From contig CAWCNJ010000005.1 in assembly GCA_963796955.1 (NCBI GenBank), forward strand, positions 160,001 through 224,000: DNA of 64,000 bases. The letters are read 5' to 3'. Below are positions 29,433-38,005 of the stretch, in pieces (positions within the stretch are counted from its first letter, which is position 1; every line of letters begins with the position of its first letter). The notes beneath the pieces were generated by a model that ran no database searches, had not been told where the DNA came from, and saw only the letters and a program-made list of their open reading frames with translations. A program made the translations under genes and the position numbers. The stretch is from Endomicrobiales bacterium. Its GTDB lineage: Bacteria > Elusimicrobiota > Endomicrobiia > Endomicrobiales > JALOBY01.

Positions 29433-30326
29433 AATCTGGTATGCCCAGACACCCGAGAATACACCAACCGGAGTTGTTGTTCCACGTAATGGCGCGTGGG
29501 AATAACAAACAGAAGATATTCAACTCGCCGAAAGATTACACTACCTTCCTGTCGATGTTGCGCGACACAAAGCAACGTTATCATTTCAAATTGTACGCCT
29601 ACGCTCTGATGCCTAACCACATCCATTTGCTGATCCAGGTAGGCGAACATCCAAGCGCCCGCATTATGCAGTCGGTGCTTACTGGCTATGCAAGATATTA
29701 CAACCGGGCGTATAAACGCAGCGGGCATCTTTTCCAGGGAAGATATAAGGCGATCCTTTGCGAGAGAGATGCTTATGCCATGTGGCTTGTGAGATATATC
29801 CACCTTAACCCTGTAAGAGCGCATCTTGTTGGTGTGGTCGATCAATGGAGGTGGACGGGCCATGCTGAATATGCCGGCACCGAAAAACAGGATATGATAG
29901 ACGCTGGTGTGGTTGCAGAGTTGTTTGGCAAAGGATCAATGGGGCTGCTAATTACAGGGAATATTTATCAGACGGTCTTGCTCAGGGGTGTAAATACGAT
30001 GAAGACCTCCATCCATCTGATAGTTCACCGTTTTTAGGGAGTGATCGTTTCAAGGAAGAAGTGGTATATAAAGTTGATCAACTCGTTGAAACCAAGCGCA
30101 AGTCGTTACGTGATATAATCCTTGAGCAGACGCAAGATACCGGTGTAAGCCCTGAAATGGTCCTTGGAAAGAGCAGGAAGAAGAAGGTCGCAATGATTCG
30201 TAGAAATGTAATAATCAAAGCTGTGACAGAATATGGATATATAGCTTCGGAGCTAGCCAGGCAGTTAAATCGCAGCGAGGCGTATATCAGTATGGTAGTT
30301 AGTTAAGTTACTTAAGTCTGACACCG
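29377..30326. mobile_element. 950-bp HUH/Y1-transposase element with perfect 24-bp terminal inverted repeats
   Basis: CGGTGTCAGACTTAAGTAACTTAA at 29377-29400; exact reverse complement at 30303-30326. Confidence 0.85.
29441..30306 (+). pseudogene. RAYT-like Y1 (HUH) transposase with C-terminal HTH, frameshifted near 29940
   Basis: FHVMARGNN, LMPNHIHLL, GHLFQGRY, YIHLNPVRA; a second frame continues to an HTH (ASELARQLNRSEAYIS) and stops inside the right IR. Confidence 0.85.
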
Positions 30327-30893
30327 CCGGACTTAACATTTATCTTTACCGGATTACGGGCAGGCGAACTATTGTTTTTGGAGTGGGAAGACGTGGATTT
30401 TGAGAACAATGTTATAAATGTGCGTGAAAAGGACATTTGGCTTCCGAAAACCTACGAGCGCCGGGAAATCCCCTTGCATCCAGATCTGAAAACGATATTG
30501 TTGAGGCGAAAGAAGACAAAGAAAAACGAGTTCGTATGCTTTAAGAGCTCCGGCGACAGAGCAACCGAGAAAATACGAAGAAAACCCTGTGAAGGCAGCA
30601 CATACAGAATACTGTACGCCAAATATAAGCGCACACTTGCAAAGGCAGGCATCACAGATGCCGGCCTGCACACACTGCGCCATACCTTCGGCAGCCAATG
30701 CGTGATGAATGGAATAGATGTGCCCACCCTCTCAAAGATCATGGGCCACTCAAGCATCAAAACAACCATGATTTATGTCCACCTCTCAACCGACCACATG
30801 CAAAGCTCCATTCTGAAACTGGGCTATGAAAGCCCCGATTATGACAAGCGGTGCGGCCCAGATGAAGGCAGCGGTGCCGGGGTCAGTGTGTAA
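30327..30893 (+). pseudogene. Tyrosine recombinase, catalytic domain only (N-terminus lost)
   Basis: FTGLRAGELLFLEWEDVD begins just after the IR; HTLRH, MGHSS, TMIY. Confidence 0.85.
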
Positions 30894-30923
30894 GTGACAG
30901 TACTACAAAATATTGAGGTGATC

Positions 30924-31973
30924 ATGAAATACATTTGGCAGACGAAACAATGGCCGCATTTCACATGGGATAGTGCAGTGTTGTTGCCTTTGATCGGGCA
31001 GGCGCGGCGTGCGCAGAGCGGGTTGCTTGCTAACGTGAAGCGCCTTGGCATATATCAACTCAAGGAAACGCAGCAGATTGCGCTGTCAGAGGAGGTTATA
31101 GCCACATCCGTGTTCGAAAGGGAGCCGTTGAACAGGCAAAGCGTTCGCTCAACTATAGCCCGGCGTCTTGGATTGCCTTCAGCAGACTTTGAACCCAAGG
31201 AAAGCTTAGGTGACAACCTCGCGGATGTTTTGCTTGACGCAACGCAGAATCATGCGGCGCCTTTGACGATCAAGCGTATCCATGGCTGGCAGGCTACGTT
31301 GTTTCCAAATTCAGGAGGAGAATGCTCCCTGCGCGATAGTGAGTTACCGCCCTCTGATGATATTTCCCGTATGACGAATGAGTTTCTGAATTGGTGGGAT
31401 ACAAGCAAATCTACTGTTGATGGGCTACTTCGCGCGGCGATCGCGCATTTCTACTTTGCTACAATTTATCCTTTTGAGGATGGCAATGGTATAATTGCGC
31501 GTGCAATAACAGATATGGCTCTGGCGCAAGACGAAAAGTTTCGCCTGCGATATTACAGTCTTTCTTCTCAGATATTGAAAGAGCGTAACTCATATTACCA
31601 AACACTGGAACGTTCCGTGAAGACCGAGTCTACTGATATCACTGAGTGGTTGGTCTGGTTCCTAAGCTGTTATCAACGCGCTATTGCCCGTTCAGCAATG
31701 CTCCTTGATCCTATTCTTCGCAAGGCTAACTTCTGGCAACTGCACGCCCAAGCCGGGTTGAGCGAACGGCAATGGGAAGCAATCAATGGAGTCCTTGACT
31801 CCGGCACAAAGAATTCCCCAGAAGTGCTTACAACGCAAAAATATGTGAGTTTTACAAAAACCAGCCGGGCAACCGCTATCCGTGAAATCAAAGCCCTGCT
31901 AGAAAAGAACGTCGTGCGCCAGGTAGGCGAGATTGGCCGGTATGTCCATTATGACCTTGTCTGGCCGCAGTAG
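30924..31973 (+). CDS. Fic-family protein (DUF4172-type) with degenerate active site
   Basis: YIWQ...WP.F.WD N-terminus; YPFEDGNGIIAR instead of HPFxDGNGRxxR. Confidence 0.8.
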   Translation: MKYIWQTKQWPHFTWDSAVLLPLIGQARRAQSGLLANVKRLGIYQLKETQQIALSEEVIATSVFEREPLNRQSVRSTIARRLGLPSADFEPKESLGDNLADVLLDATQNHAAPLTIKRIHGWQATLFPNSGGECSLRDSELPPSDDISRMTNEFLNWWDTSKSTVDGLLRAAIAHFYFATIYPFEDGNGIIARAITDMALAQDEKFRLRYYSLSSQILKERNSYYQTLERSVKTESTDITEWLVWFLSCYQRAIARSAMLLDPILRKANFWQLHAQAGLSERQWEAINGVLDSGTKNSPEVLTTQKYVSFTKTSRATAIREIKALLEKNVVRQVGEIGRYVHYDLVWPQ

Positions 31974-32076
31974 GGGTGGCTCAGGACGGTAGTATGCAGA
32001 TTATGATAGTTAGCCTTGTGAAAGCTCGGGAAAAGATATAAAATTAACTCATATCCCACATTCTTAAAGGATAACC

Positions 32077-33565
32077 ATGCAGAGTTACAAAGTATTTGTC
32101 AGCGCGAATCAGACGGAACTCAAAAATGAACGGGCTGCGATAAGGGACATTATACTGCACAGCCCGGGGATGGAGGGTTATTTTAACGTCTTCCTTTTTG
32201 AGGATATGCCTGCGAAAGGTAAAGCCCCCGCCGCCACATACTTAAAGCAGGTTGAGAATAGCGATATTTACATAGGTATTTTTGGCAATGAATATGGGAT
32301 TAAAGGAAAGGATGGTCTTTCCGCGACCGAAAGAGAGTTCCGCGAGTTCATCGCGAAGAAGTCGGGCGGCGAGACCCTTATTTTCCTTAAAGGAACAGAT
32401 GACTCCAAACGCGACAAAGATACCAGCAAGCTGATTAAATATGTGAAAGACAATTGCATCTATAAACGTTTTTCAAATATCGATGAACTTCAAAAACATG
32501 TTCTAAGCAGTCTTATAACTTTCCTGCGAGATAAGGGAAAGCTAAGCAAACTGTCTTTTGATGAACGGGTTTGCGATGAAGCGACATACAGCGATATTGA
32601 TGAAAACGAGGTTAAAGAATACCTGCAGGAACGGGCAGTTAAACTCAAGGTAGCTGTCCCCAAGGTGCCAGTAAAGAACTTCCTGACCAGAACGCTCAAA
32701 GTTGTGCAGGAAACAGACGGTGTGTTACGGCCTACCAATGCCGGCCTCCTATTCTTCGGCAAGAACCCGACCGAATTTATATCCCAGCACGAAATCAGAA
32801 TAGCGCGTTTTAAGGGTACGGATAGAATAGAATTCCTTGATTCGCAGGAAATAACCGGTCCGATCTACAAAATGCTGGACGATGTTGAGAAATTTTTTAA
32901 AAGAAATACCCGCCTGGCGAATAAAATTGTTGAGTTCAAACGCGTAGATATCCCAGAATATCCCTTCGAGGCTATCAGAGAAGCAGTAATAAATGCCATC
33001 GCCCATAGAGATTACAACCAGCAGGGTGCGCCAATAATTATTTCTATATTCGATGACAGAGCAGAGATTAGCAACCCTGGCGGTCTGCTACCAGGCCTAG
33101 ACATAAAGGATCTGGAAGGACACCATAAAACGCGCAACAAAATTATTTGCTCAATATTCCACGAAAACAAAAGATATGGAGCGCTTCGGCACCGGCATAA
33201 AAAAGATGAAGCGCCTTATGAAAGAGCACGGCCTGTCCGCCCCTAAGTTTGTAGAAGAAGGCGATTTCTTTGTGGCACGGTTTTACAGCCCGGGTGATAA
33301 GATACTTGATTTGGTGCCGAGTATTCCCAACGAACGGGTTACAGACTTGAAAGAATTAGGGTTAAATGAAAGACAGATAGAATCTTTGAGACTTATGGTC
33401 AATGAAAATAAATCAATGGGGATAATGGAATACTCCAATAGGTTTAATGTCAACGAAAAAACTACCCGTCGTGATCTAAAGGAAATGATTTCGCTCGGGC
33501 TTGTAGAAAAAGTTGGTTCAACAAAAAAAGTATTTTTTAAGGCCAAACACAGATTACCGAAATAA
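32077..33565 (+). pseudogene. DUF4062-like + RecG-C/HATPase-like + HTH protein, frameshift at ~33165
   Basis: VFVS..ELKNER, REAVINAIAHRDY, SNPGGL; MERFGTGI and the HTH are in the next frame. Confidence 0.75.
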
Positions 33566-33644
33566 CTAAAAAATGTCCGCAATAATGTCCGAAATTGCAA
33601 ATGTCCGTAATAACTAAAAAATGTCCGTAATAATGTCCGAAATA
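33561..33644 (+). repeat. AATGTCCG repeat cluster (5 copies)
   Basis: Direct reading; includes a ~35-bp block repeated 48 bp apart. Confidence 0.85.
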
Positions 33645-33714
33645 GATTTTGTTCAATTTCGCAGACACCGTCTGCGGAATTAATGACTATAAAATACGAG
33701 ACACTGTCTCGTAT

Positions 33715-33756
33715 TTTGTCATACAAACAGCGATATTGTTGTAAATGTATGACAAA
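33715..33756. promoter_or_regulatory. Inverted-repeat operator TTTGTCATACA-N20-TGTATGACAAA, copy 1
   Basis: Same arms and spacing as 35118-35159. Confidence 0.7.
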
Positions 33757-33784
33757 TAATTTGACCATGTAACTGAAAAAGGAT

Positions 33785-34495
33785 GTGATGATAAAATTTG
33801 GCATCAGGCAATCATTCGATAAAATCGAGCAAATTGAAGACAGGTACGCAAAGGTAGGTGTGCCTGTGGAATTGGCGCTGCCTTTTTACTGGGATATTTA
33901 TGAGCCGGTTCGGCCGCACTTGGGTGAGATCGCTGATAAGATCAGATCGTATGGCACAGAAGTGCTAAGCGTTCACGCAGTTCAGGCAACTATAACAGAT
34001 GAACGGTTCAGGGTGTGGGGCAGGGAAGTAGCCGATTTTGCAAAAGCAGTGGGTGCGGCGACCATTATGTTGCATCCTAACAATGTTAAGAAAGACACTA
34101 CTGTGCAGGGTGTGGCGCTCAAGAATCTTGAGTATTTTACCGATTTATATAAAAACGACATAGTATTCAGTATCGAGACCTTTGAAGGTAACAGGCGTGT
34201 GTTTACACCCGATGAAATTACTTCTTTCAATCTGCCAATGACGTTGGACACATCACACATCCGAAGCAATGAGAAGATCTGGGGTTTTCTCAAAGGCTAC
34301 AAAGACCGCATTAACACTATTCATTTGTCGGCCAGGGACGGTGCCAAGCAGCATTTACCAATAGATGAATTTTGCAAAGAAATAGTGCGGTACTTGATTG
34401 ACAACAAATGGAACGGGAATATAATTTTAGAATATCTGTTTGAGTACCACGGTCAGATGAAACAGGATTTGGAATTATTAAAGGCAATGAAGTAA
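33785..34495 (+). CDS. Xylose-isomerase-like/AP endonuclease 2 TIM-barrel protein
   Basis: SVHA, LHP, SIET, TLDTSH, IHLS, HLP, ILE metal-ligand pattern. Confidence 0.75.
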   Translation: MMIKFGIRQSFDKIEQIEDRYAKVGVPVELALPFYWDIYEPVRPHLGEIADKIRSYGTEVLSVHAVQATITDERFRVWGREVADFAKAVGAATIMLHPNNVKKDTTVQGVALKNLEYFTDLYKNDIVFSIETFEGNRRVFTPDEITSFNLPMTLDTSHIRSNEKIWGFLKGYKDRINTIHLSARDGAKQHLPIDEFCKEIVRYLIDNKWNGNIILEYLFEYHGQMKQDLELLKAMK

Positions 34496-34508
34496 TTGTG
34501 CAAGGAAG

Positions 34509-34616
34509 CTACAGAGAAAACCACGGAGAAAACTACGGAGAAAAATGTCGGAAAAAGTAAGGTGTAAAGTAGGGTGTAAAGTAAGGTGAAAAGTAAGGTG
34601 TAAAGTAACGGAAAAG
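34509..34616 (+). repeat. Nine tandem 12-bp units of two types
   Basis: CYACRGAGAAAA x3, a transition unit, GTARGGTGWAAA x4, a final variant. Confidence 0.85.
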
Positions 34617-34793
34617 TTCTCTCCCTTTCGGGCTTGTGACGTGACATATTGCAAAAAGTCTTTTGTGTCCGATTTGTGACGTAAGGGTGTTCGTTTGATG
34701 GCGTTTAGTGGCATTTCCTGGCATTTGTTGTCACCCAAGAAATCATTGAAAATACGCGTAAAATAGCGTTTTGAGAGTGAGTGCTCTGAAGGA

Positions 34794-34849
34794 CTTGAAA
34801 ACTAGTGTAGGGTTATACTCTACCGGGGGTTCAAATCCCTCTCCTTCCG
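34794..34849 (+). repeat. attR-like 3' half of tRNA-Ser starting at the anticodon loop
   Basis: Identical to 18220-18275. Confidence 0.95.
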
Positions 34850-35108
34850 ACCGAGTTGCCCTGAGCCGTCGCTGCCTTTTAGCGACGAGCGAAACGAGGG
34901 AGTCCCCGGAGGGGGCGTCCGAATTCCAGCCTGATTTTCCTTACATAAAAAACACCCCGTTTTACCGTCTTGTGTCCGATTTGTGACGTGTCATTGCCTC
35001 ACAAGCCCGAAAAATTGATAAAATTATGAAAATCTTACGCTCACTTTTGGTGACCGTAGGATTTTTTAGGTTATGCAACTATACTTACATATAGTAATTT
35101 GAAAGGGC

Positions 35109-35159
35109 TTGACACTTTTTGTCATACAAACTACAATATTGCTATAGTTGTATGACAAA
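35109..35159 (+). promoter_or_regulatory. Sigma70 promoter overlapped by operator copy 2
   Basis: TTGACA(35109)-17-TACAAT(35132); operator arms at 35118-35128 and 35149-35159. Confidence 0.75.
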
Positions 35160-35169
35160 AGGATAAGAT

Positions 35170-35487
35170 ATGGCAATTAAAAGTATTCTTCGTGAAGAAC
35201 TGAATAACTCTCTGAACATGAAGCAGTCCTTTGAGCGTGAGCTCAAGGCGCTGCCACAAGGTTCTTTATTGAAACGGAAGGTTTCCGGTAAAGAATACTA
35301 TTACATAATTTCTCGCGAGAACCAGCGCGTTAAATTCGACTACAAGGGTAAGAATGTTCCTGCAGATGTTATTGAGAAATATAAGCAAGCCAAGTCTTTA
35401 CGGGCAAAGTATAGGAATTCGCTGTCGATATTGAAGAAACAGATAAAATTTCTTAAGGGGATCCTTCGTGGAAAAGAAGCAATTTGA
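35170..35487 (+). CDS. Small basic protein, probable partner of the downstream nucleotidyltransferase
   Basis: LPQGSL..RK..GKEYYY pattern; overlaps the next gene. Confidence 0.7.
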   Translation: MAIKSILREELNNSLNMKQSFERELKALPQGSLLKRKVSGKEYYYIISRENQRVKFDYKGKNVPADVIEKYKQAKSLRAKYRNSLSILKKQIKFLKGILRGKEAI

Positions 35488-36154
35488 CCTGGTTGTGCAG
35501 GTATTAACTAGGTTTGAAGAAAATAATATATTGGATAAAATTGTGCTTGTTGGCAGCTGGTGCATACCGCTGTACAAAGATTACTTCGCTGCAGTGCGAT
35601 ATTATACTCCTATAAGAACACGAGATATCGATTTTATGATACCGCTAAGAACCAAGTTCGCGCCCGGCGGCAGCATTCCGGCCATGCTGCGCGATCTCGG
35701 TTTTGTAATGACAGTTGATTCGATATCAGACAATATGAAGCTAGAGCACCATGAGTTCAGCGTTGAATTTCTTGTGCCGGATATTGGCAGAGGACTCCCA
35801 AGTCCATATAATATTCCATCGTTGAATATCAACGCACAGCCGCTTAGATATTTAAATTTGCTGACCGATAAAGTAATAACCGTAAAAGTCGGCAATATTG
35901 ATGTGCGCGTTCCACATCCTGCGCTATTCGCGCTCCACAAGCTGATAGTCTCAGGAAGACGAACAAAACCCGAGAAACAGGAAAAAGACATTAGCGATGG
36001 TCTTAGGATCATGAAGGCACTTATAGACATCAAAGATACTGGATATTTAATTGAGAAATATCGTTCTTTGCCAGCGAAATGGAAAAAAGAAATCATTGGC
36101 GTTCTGAAAGCAGAAAAACAGTCTGCGATAATGGGCCTGCTTTCAGATAAATAG
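35468..36154 (+). CDS. Nucleotidyltransferase-fold protein (GSU2403/AbiEii-like)
   Basis: LVGSW, RTRDIDF, VPHPALFALHKLIVS.RR, KQEKD. Confidence 0.8.
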   Translation: MEKKQFDLVVQVLTRFEENNILDKIVLVGSWCIPLYKDYFAAVRYYTPIRTRDIDFMIPLRTKFAPGGSIPAMLRDLGFVMTVDSISDNMKLEHHEFSVEFLVPDIGRGLPSPYNIPSLNINAQPLRYLNLLTDKVITVKVGNIDVRVPHPALFALHKLIVSGRRTKPEKQEKDISDGLRIMKALIDIKDTGYLIEKYRSLPAKWKKEIIGVLKAEKQSAIMGLLSDK

Positions 36155-36202
36155 AATTTTAGACCACAATGACGTACGAAGTGATGGTAAGAAGGATAGG
36201 AG

Positions 36203-36454
36203 TTGCCTCGTATGAAACATGCTATAGTCATTTTTTTAATCGGGGTTACCTTGGTAACATATAGCATACGCAATAGTAATCTTATTATGAGTAAATTTGT
36301 TGGTTTCCTGGCAGCCGTACTTATTTATACAATATACTCGTACATAAATACAAAAGATCCCAAAGTTTTAAGGACTGTTGGATATGCACTGCTCATTATA
36401 GCGTTGTTGAGACTTTATGGAGGTTGGCTTACTGCAACATCTCCAATCCCCTGA
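36203..36454 (+). CDS. Small membrane protein
   Basis: Three hydrophobic segments. Confidence 0.45.
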   Translation: MPRMKHAIVIFLIGVTLVTYSIRNSNLIMSKFVGFLAAVLIYTIYSYINTKDPKVLRTVGYALLIIALLRLYGGWLTATSPIP

Positions 36455-36487
36455 TTTGTATTTCCTGATTCACTCAAAATCGCACTC

Positions 36488-36904
36488 GTGTTATCCATAA
36501 CGTGCCTTGTAGTCGCACCTTTGCTTTATGCAGGGAATATTTCCCTTAGGGGTTGTGCTAGTTATTCAGTTTTGTTAAATGATGTTGAACGTGTCGGTAG
36601 TAACGACTCACAGACCAAGTCTGGTTTGAGTTTGAATATCGATTTGTCCCTTGATTGTTCATCACTGTTGCCTGGCCTAAGCATTGGAATAGAGACCGGG
36701 TATATGCCGTTGTATCGTTATTCTGCTGACGGAGGATGGTTCACACAGTCGCTGGACAGTTATTCAATCCCTTTGTTAGTCGTTGGACAGTATGACCTAA
36801 GTAAAAGTGATTCGCATAGTGTCTATGCTATTGCTGGCATTGGCAGCCATTTTGTTACAACAAATACTAACACAACGACCAATTTATATGGAGTGAGTAC
36901 ATGA
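36488..36904 (+). pseudogene. Outer-membrane beta-barrel-like protein, probably truncated
   Basis: Signal-like start, IGIETGY, SIPLLVVGQY, YAIAGIG strands; stops at the 17-bp repeat at 36901. Confidence 0.45.
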
Positions 36905-37061
36905 CAAGCGGTGCGGCTCCGATGTAACCCTATACGATCTTACGCTCACTTAGTGATCGTAGGATTTTTAATCTTTAAGACCAGGCGCACCGCAAGAGTC
37001 AGCTACCGTATAATCTACTGATTTAGTATAATCGGGGCCAAAGACAGAGGAGCTTAACATC

Positions 37062-37463
37062 ATGGCCAAAACAAAAATAATTTACGCCTGTTCAGGCGCA
37101 TCTGATGTGGGAAAAATTGCGGACGAAGCGGCCCGTGCGCTCAGCAAAGAAGGTTACGCCCGTATGAGCTGCCTTGCCGCCATCGGCGCCGATAGCGGTG
37201 AGTATGTAGACGCCGCCCGCGCCGCTGATATGGTAATAGTCGTAGACGGCTGCCCCATAGCCTGCGCCCGCAAGAACCTGGAACGCATCGGCGTGGCGCC
37301 GGTAGCATTCGTCCTTACCAAAATGGGTCTGGTGAAAGGTATGACACCTCCCACCGAAAAAGTGATCGCCGAAACCGCCAAAAAAATAAAAGAAACCGCC
37401 GGCGAAAACCCGCCCCCATCCTGCGGCAGCGGTTGCGGCAGTTGCGGCGGCTGTAAGATATGA
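37062..37463 (+). CDS. DGC-domain zinc-binding protein
   Basis: YACSGASDVG, MSCLA, VDGCPIAC; Cys-rich tail. Confidence 0.85.
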   Translation: MAKTKIIYACSGASDVGKIADEAARALSKEGYARMSCLAAIGADSGEYVDAARAADMVIVVDGCPIACARKNLERIGVAPVAFVLTKMGLVKGMTPPTEKVIAETAKKIKETAGENPPPSCGSGCGSCGGCKI

Positions 37464-37949
37464 TACCATTGCCGCACAGTAATATTTATATTGGCGGTAT
37501 ACTGGATCTGCACAGCACAGACATGCGCACCTGGGCATATGTGCATGCCACAAAAACTGTGTATGATAAAATGCTGAGCGTTAGCGGACCTGCCCCGTGC
37601 CTGGTGCCTTATGTAAATGACAACCGATTGTACTTGAACTGGGTAGACGGATCCAGCGAGCTCTATGAGTGTGACGGTGTAACGGTCTTCAACAAAATAC
37701 TGGATTTTGTAGAGCTCTGGAGCAAAACAAGAAAAGTGTTGATACATTGCGACATGGGCATGTCACGCGTGCGACATGGGCATGTCACGCGGCCCAACCG
37801 TTGGCCTGGTCTACGCCGCCAAACGCCTTAAAATAATCCCAAACACTTCATTTAAAGCCGCCCAGGCCGAATACCAAAAGCTGTACCCCAAATACTCCCC
37901 GGGCGGTATAGGAAAGTTTGTGGTACAAAACTGGGCAGCAATTATATAA
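37460..37949 (+). pseudogene. Dual-specificity-phosphatase-like protein frameshifted by a 22-bp tandem duplication
   Basis: VLIHCDMGMSR P-loop; 37748-37769 repeated at 37770-37791; removing one copy opens the frame to TAA at 37947-37949. Confidence 0.8.
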
Positions 37950-37999
37950 CTTTATAAAGAATAGTAGGTGTTGACAAACTTTATAAAGTTCTGTATAAA
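37950..37999 (+). promoter_or_regulatory. Promoter with palindromic operators
   Basis: TTGACA(37971)-17-TATAAA; CTTTATAAAG palindrome at 37950 and 37979. Confidence 0.65.
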
Positions 38000-38005
38000 T
38001 ACAAT

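Larger units (their letters stand above)
18276..34849. mobile_element. Genomic island integrated at tRNA-Ser (~16.5 kb)
   Basis: 56-bp exact direct repeat 18220-18275 = 34794-34849; tyrosine integrase remnant inside; defence cargo. Confidence 0.85.

Noticed and set aside
30327..30893. Integron integrase with attC cassettes
   Set aside because: No IntI-specific insertion is evident between the motifs, and no attC-like RYYYAAC/GTTRRRY hairpins were recognised.
32077..33565. Two separate genes
   Set aside because: Removing one A near 33165 restores a continuous ..IFHETKDMERFGTGI frame, so it is one frameshifted gene.
18276..34793. Prophage or conjugative element
   Set aside because: No structural, terminase, replication, relaxase or T4SS genes.
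14127..34849. Trans-spliced split tRNA
   Set aside because: No complementary leader/trailer or bulge-helix-bulge is visible, an intact copy exists, and integration explains the halves.
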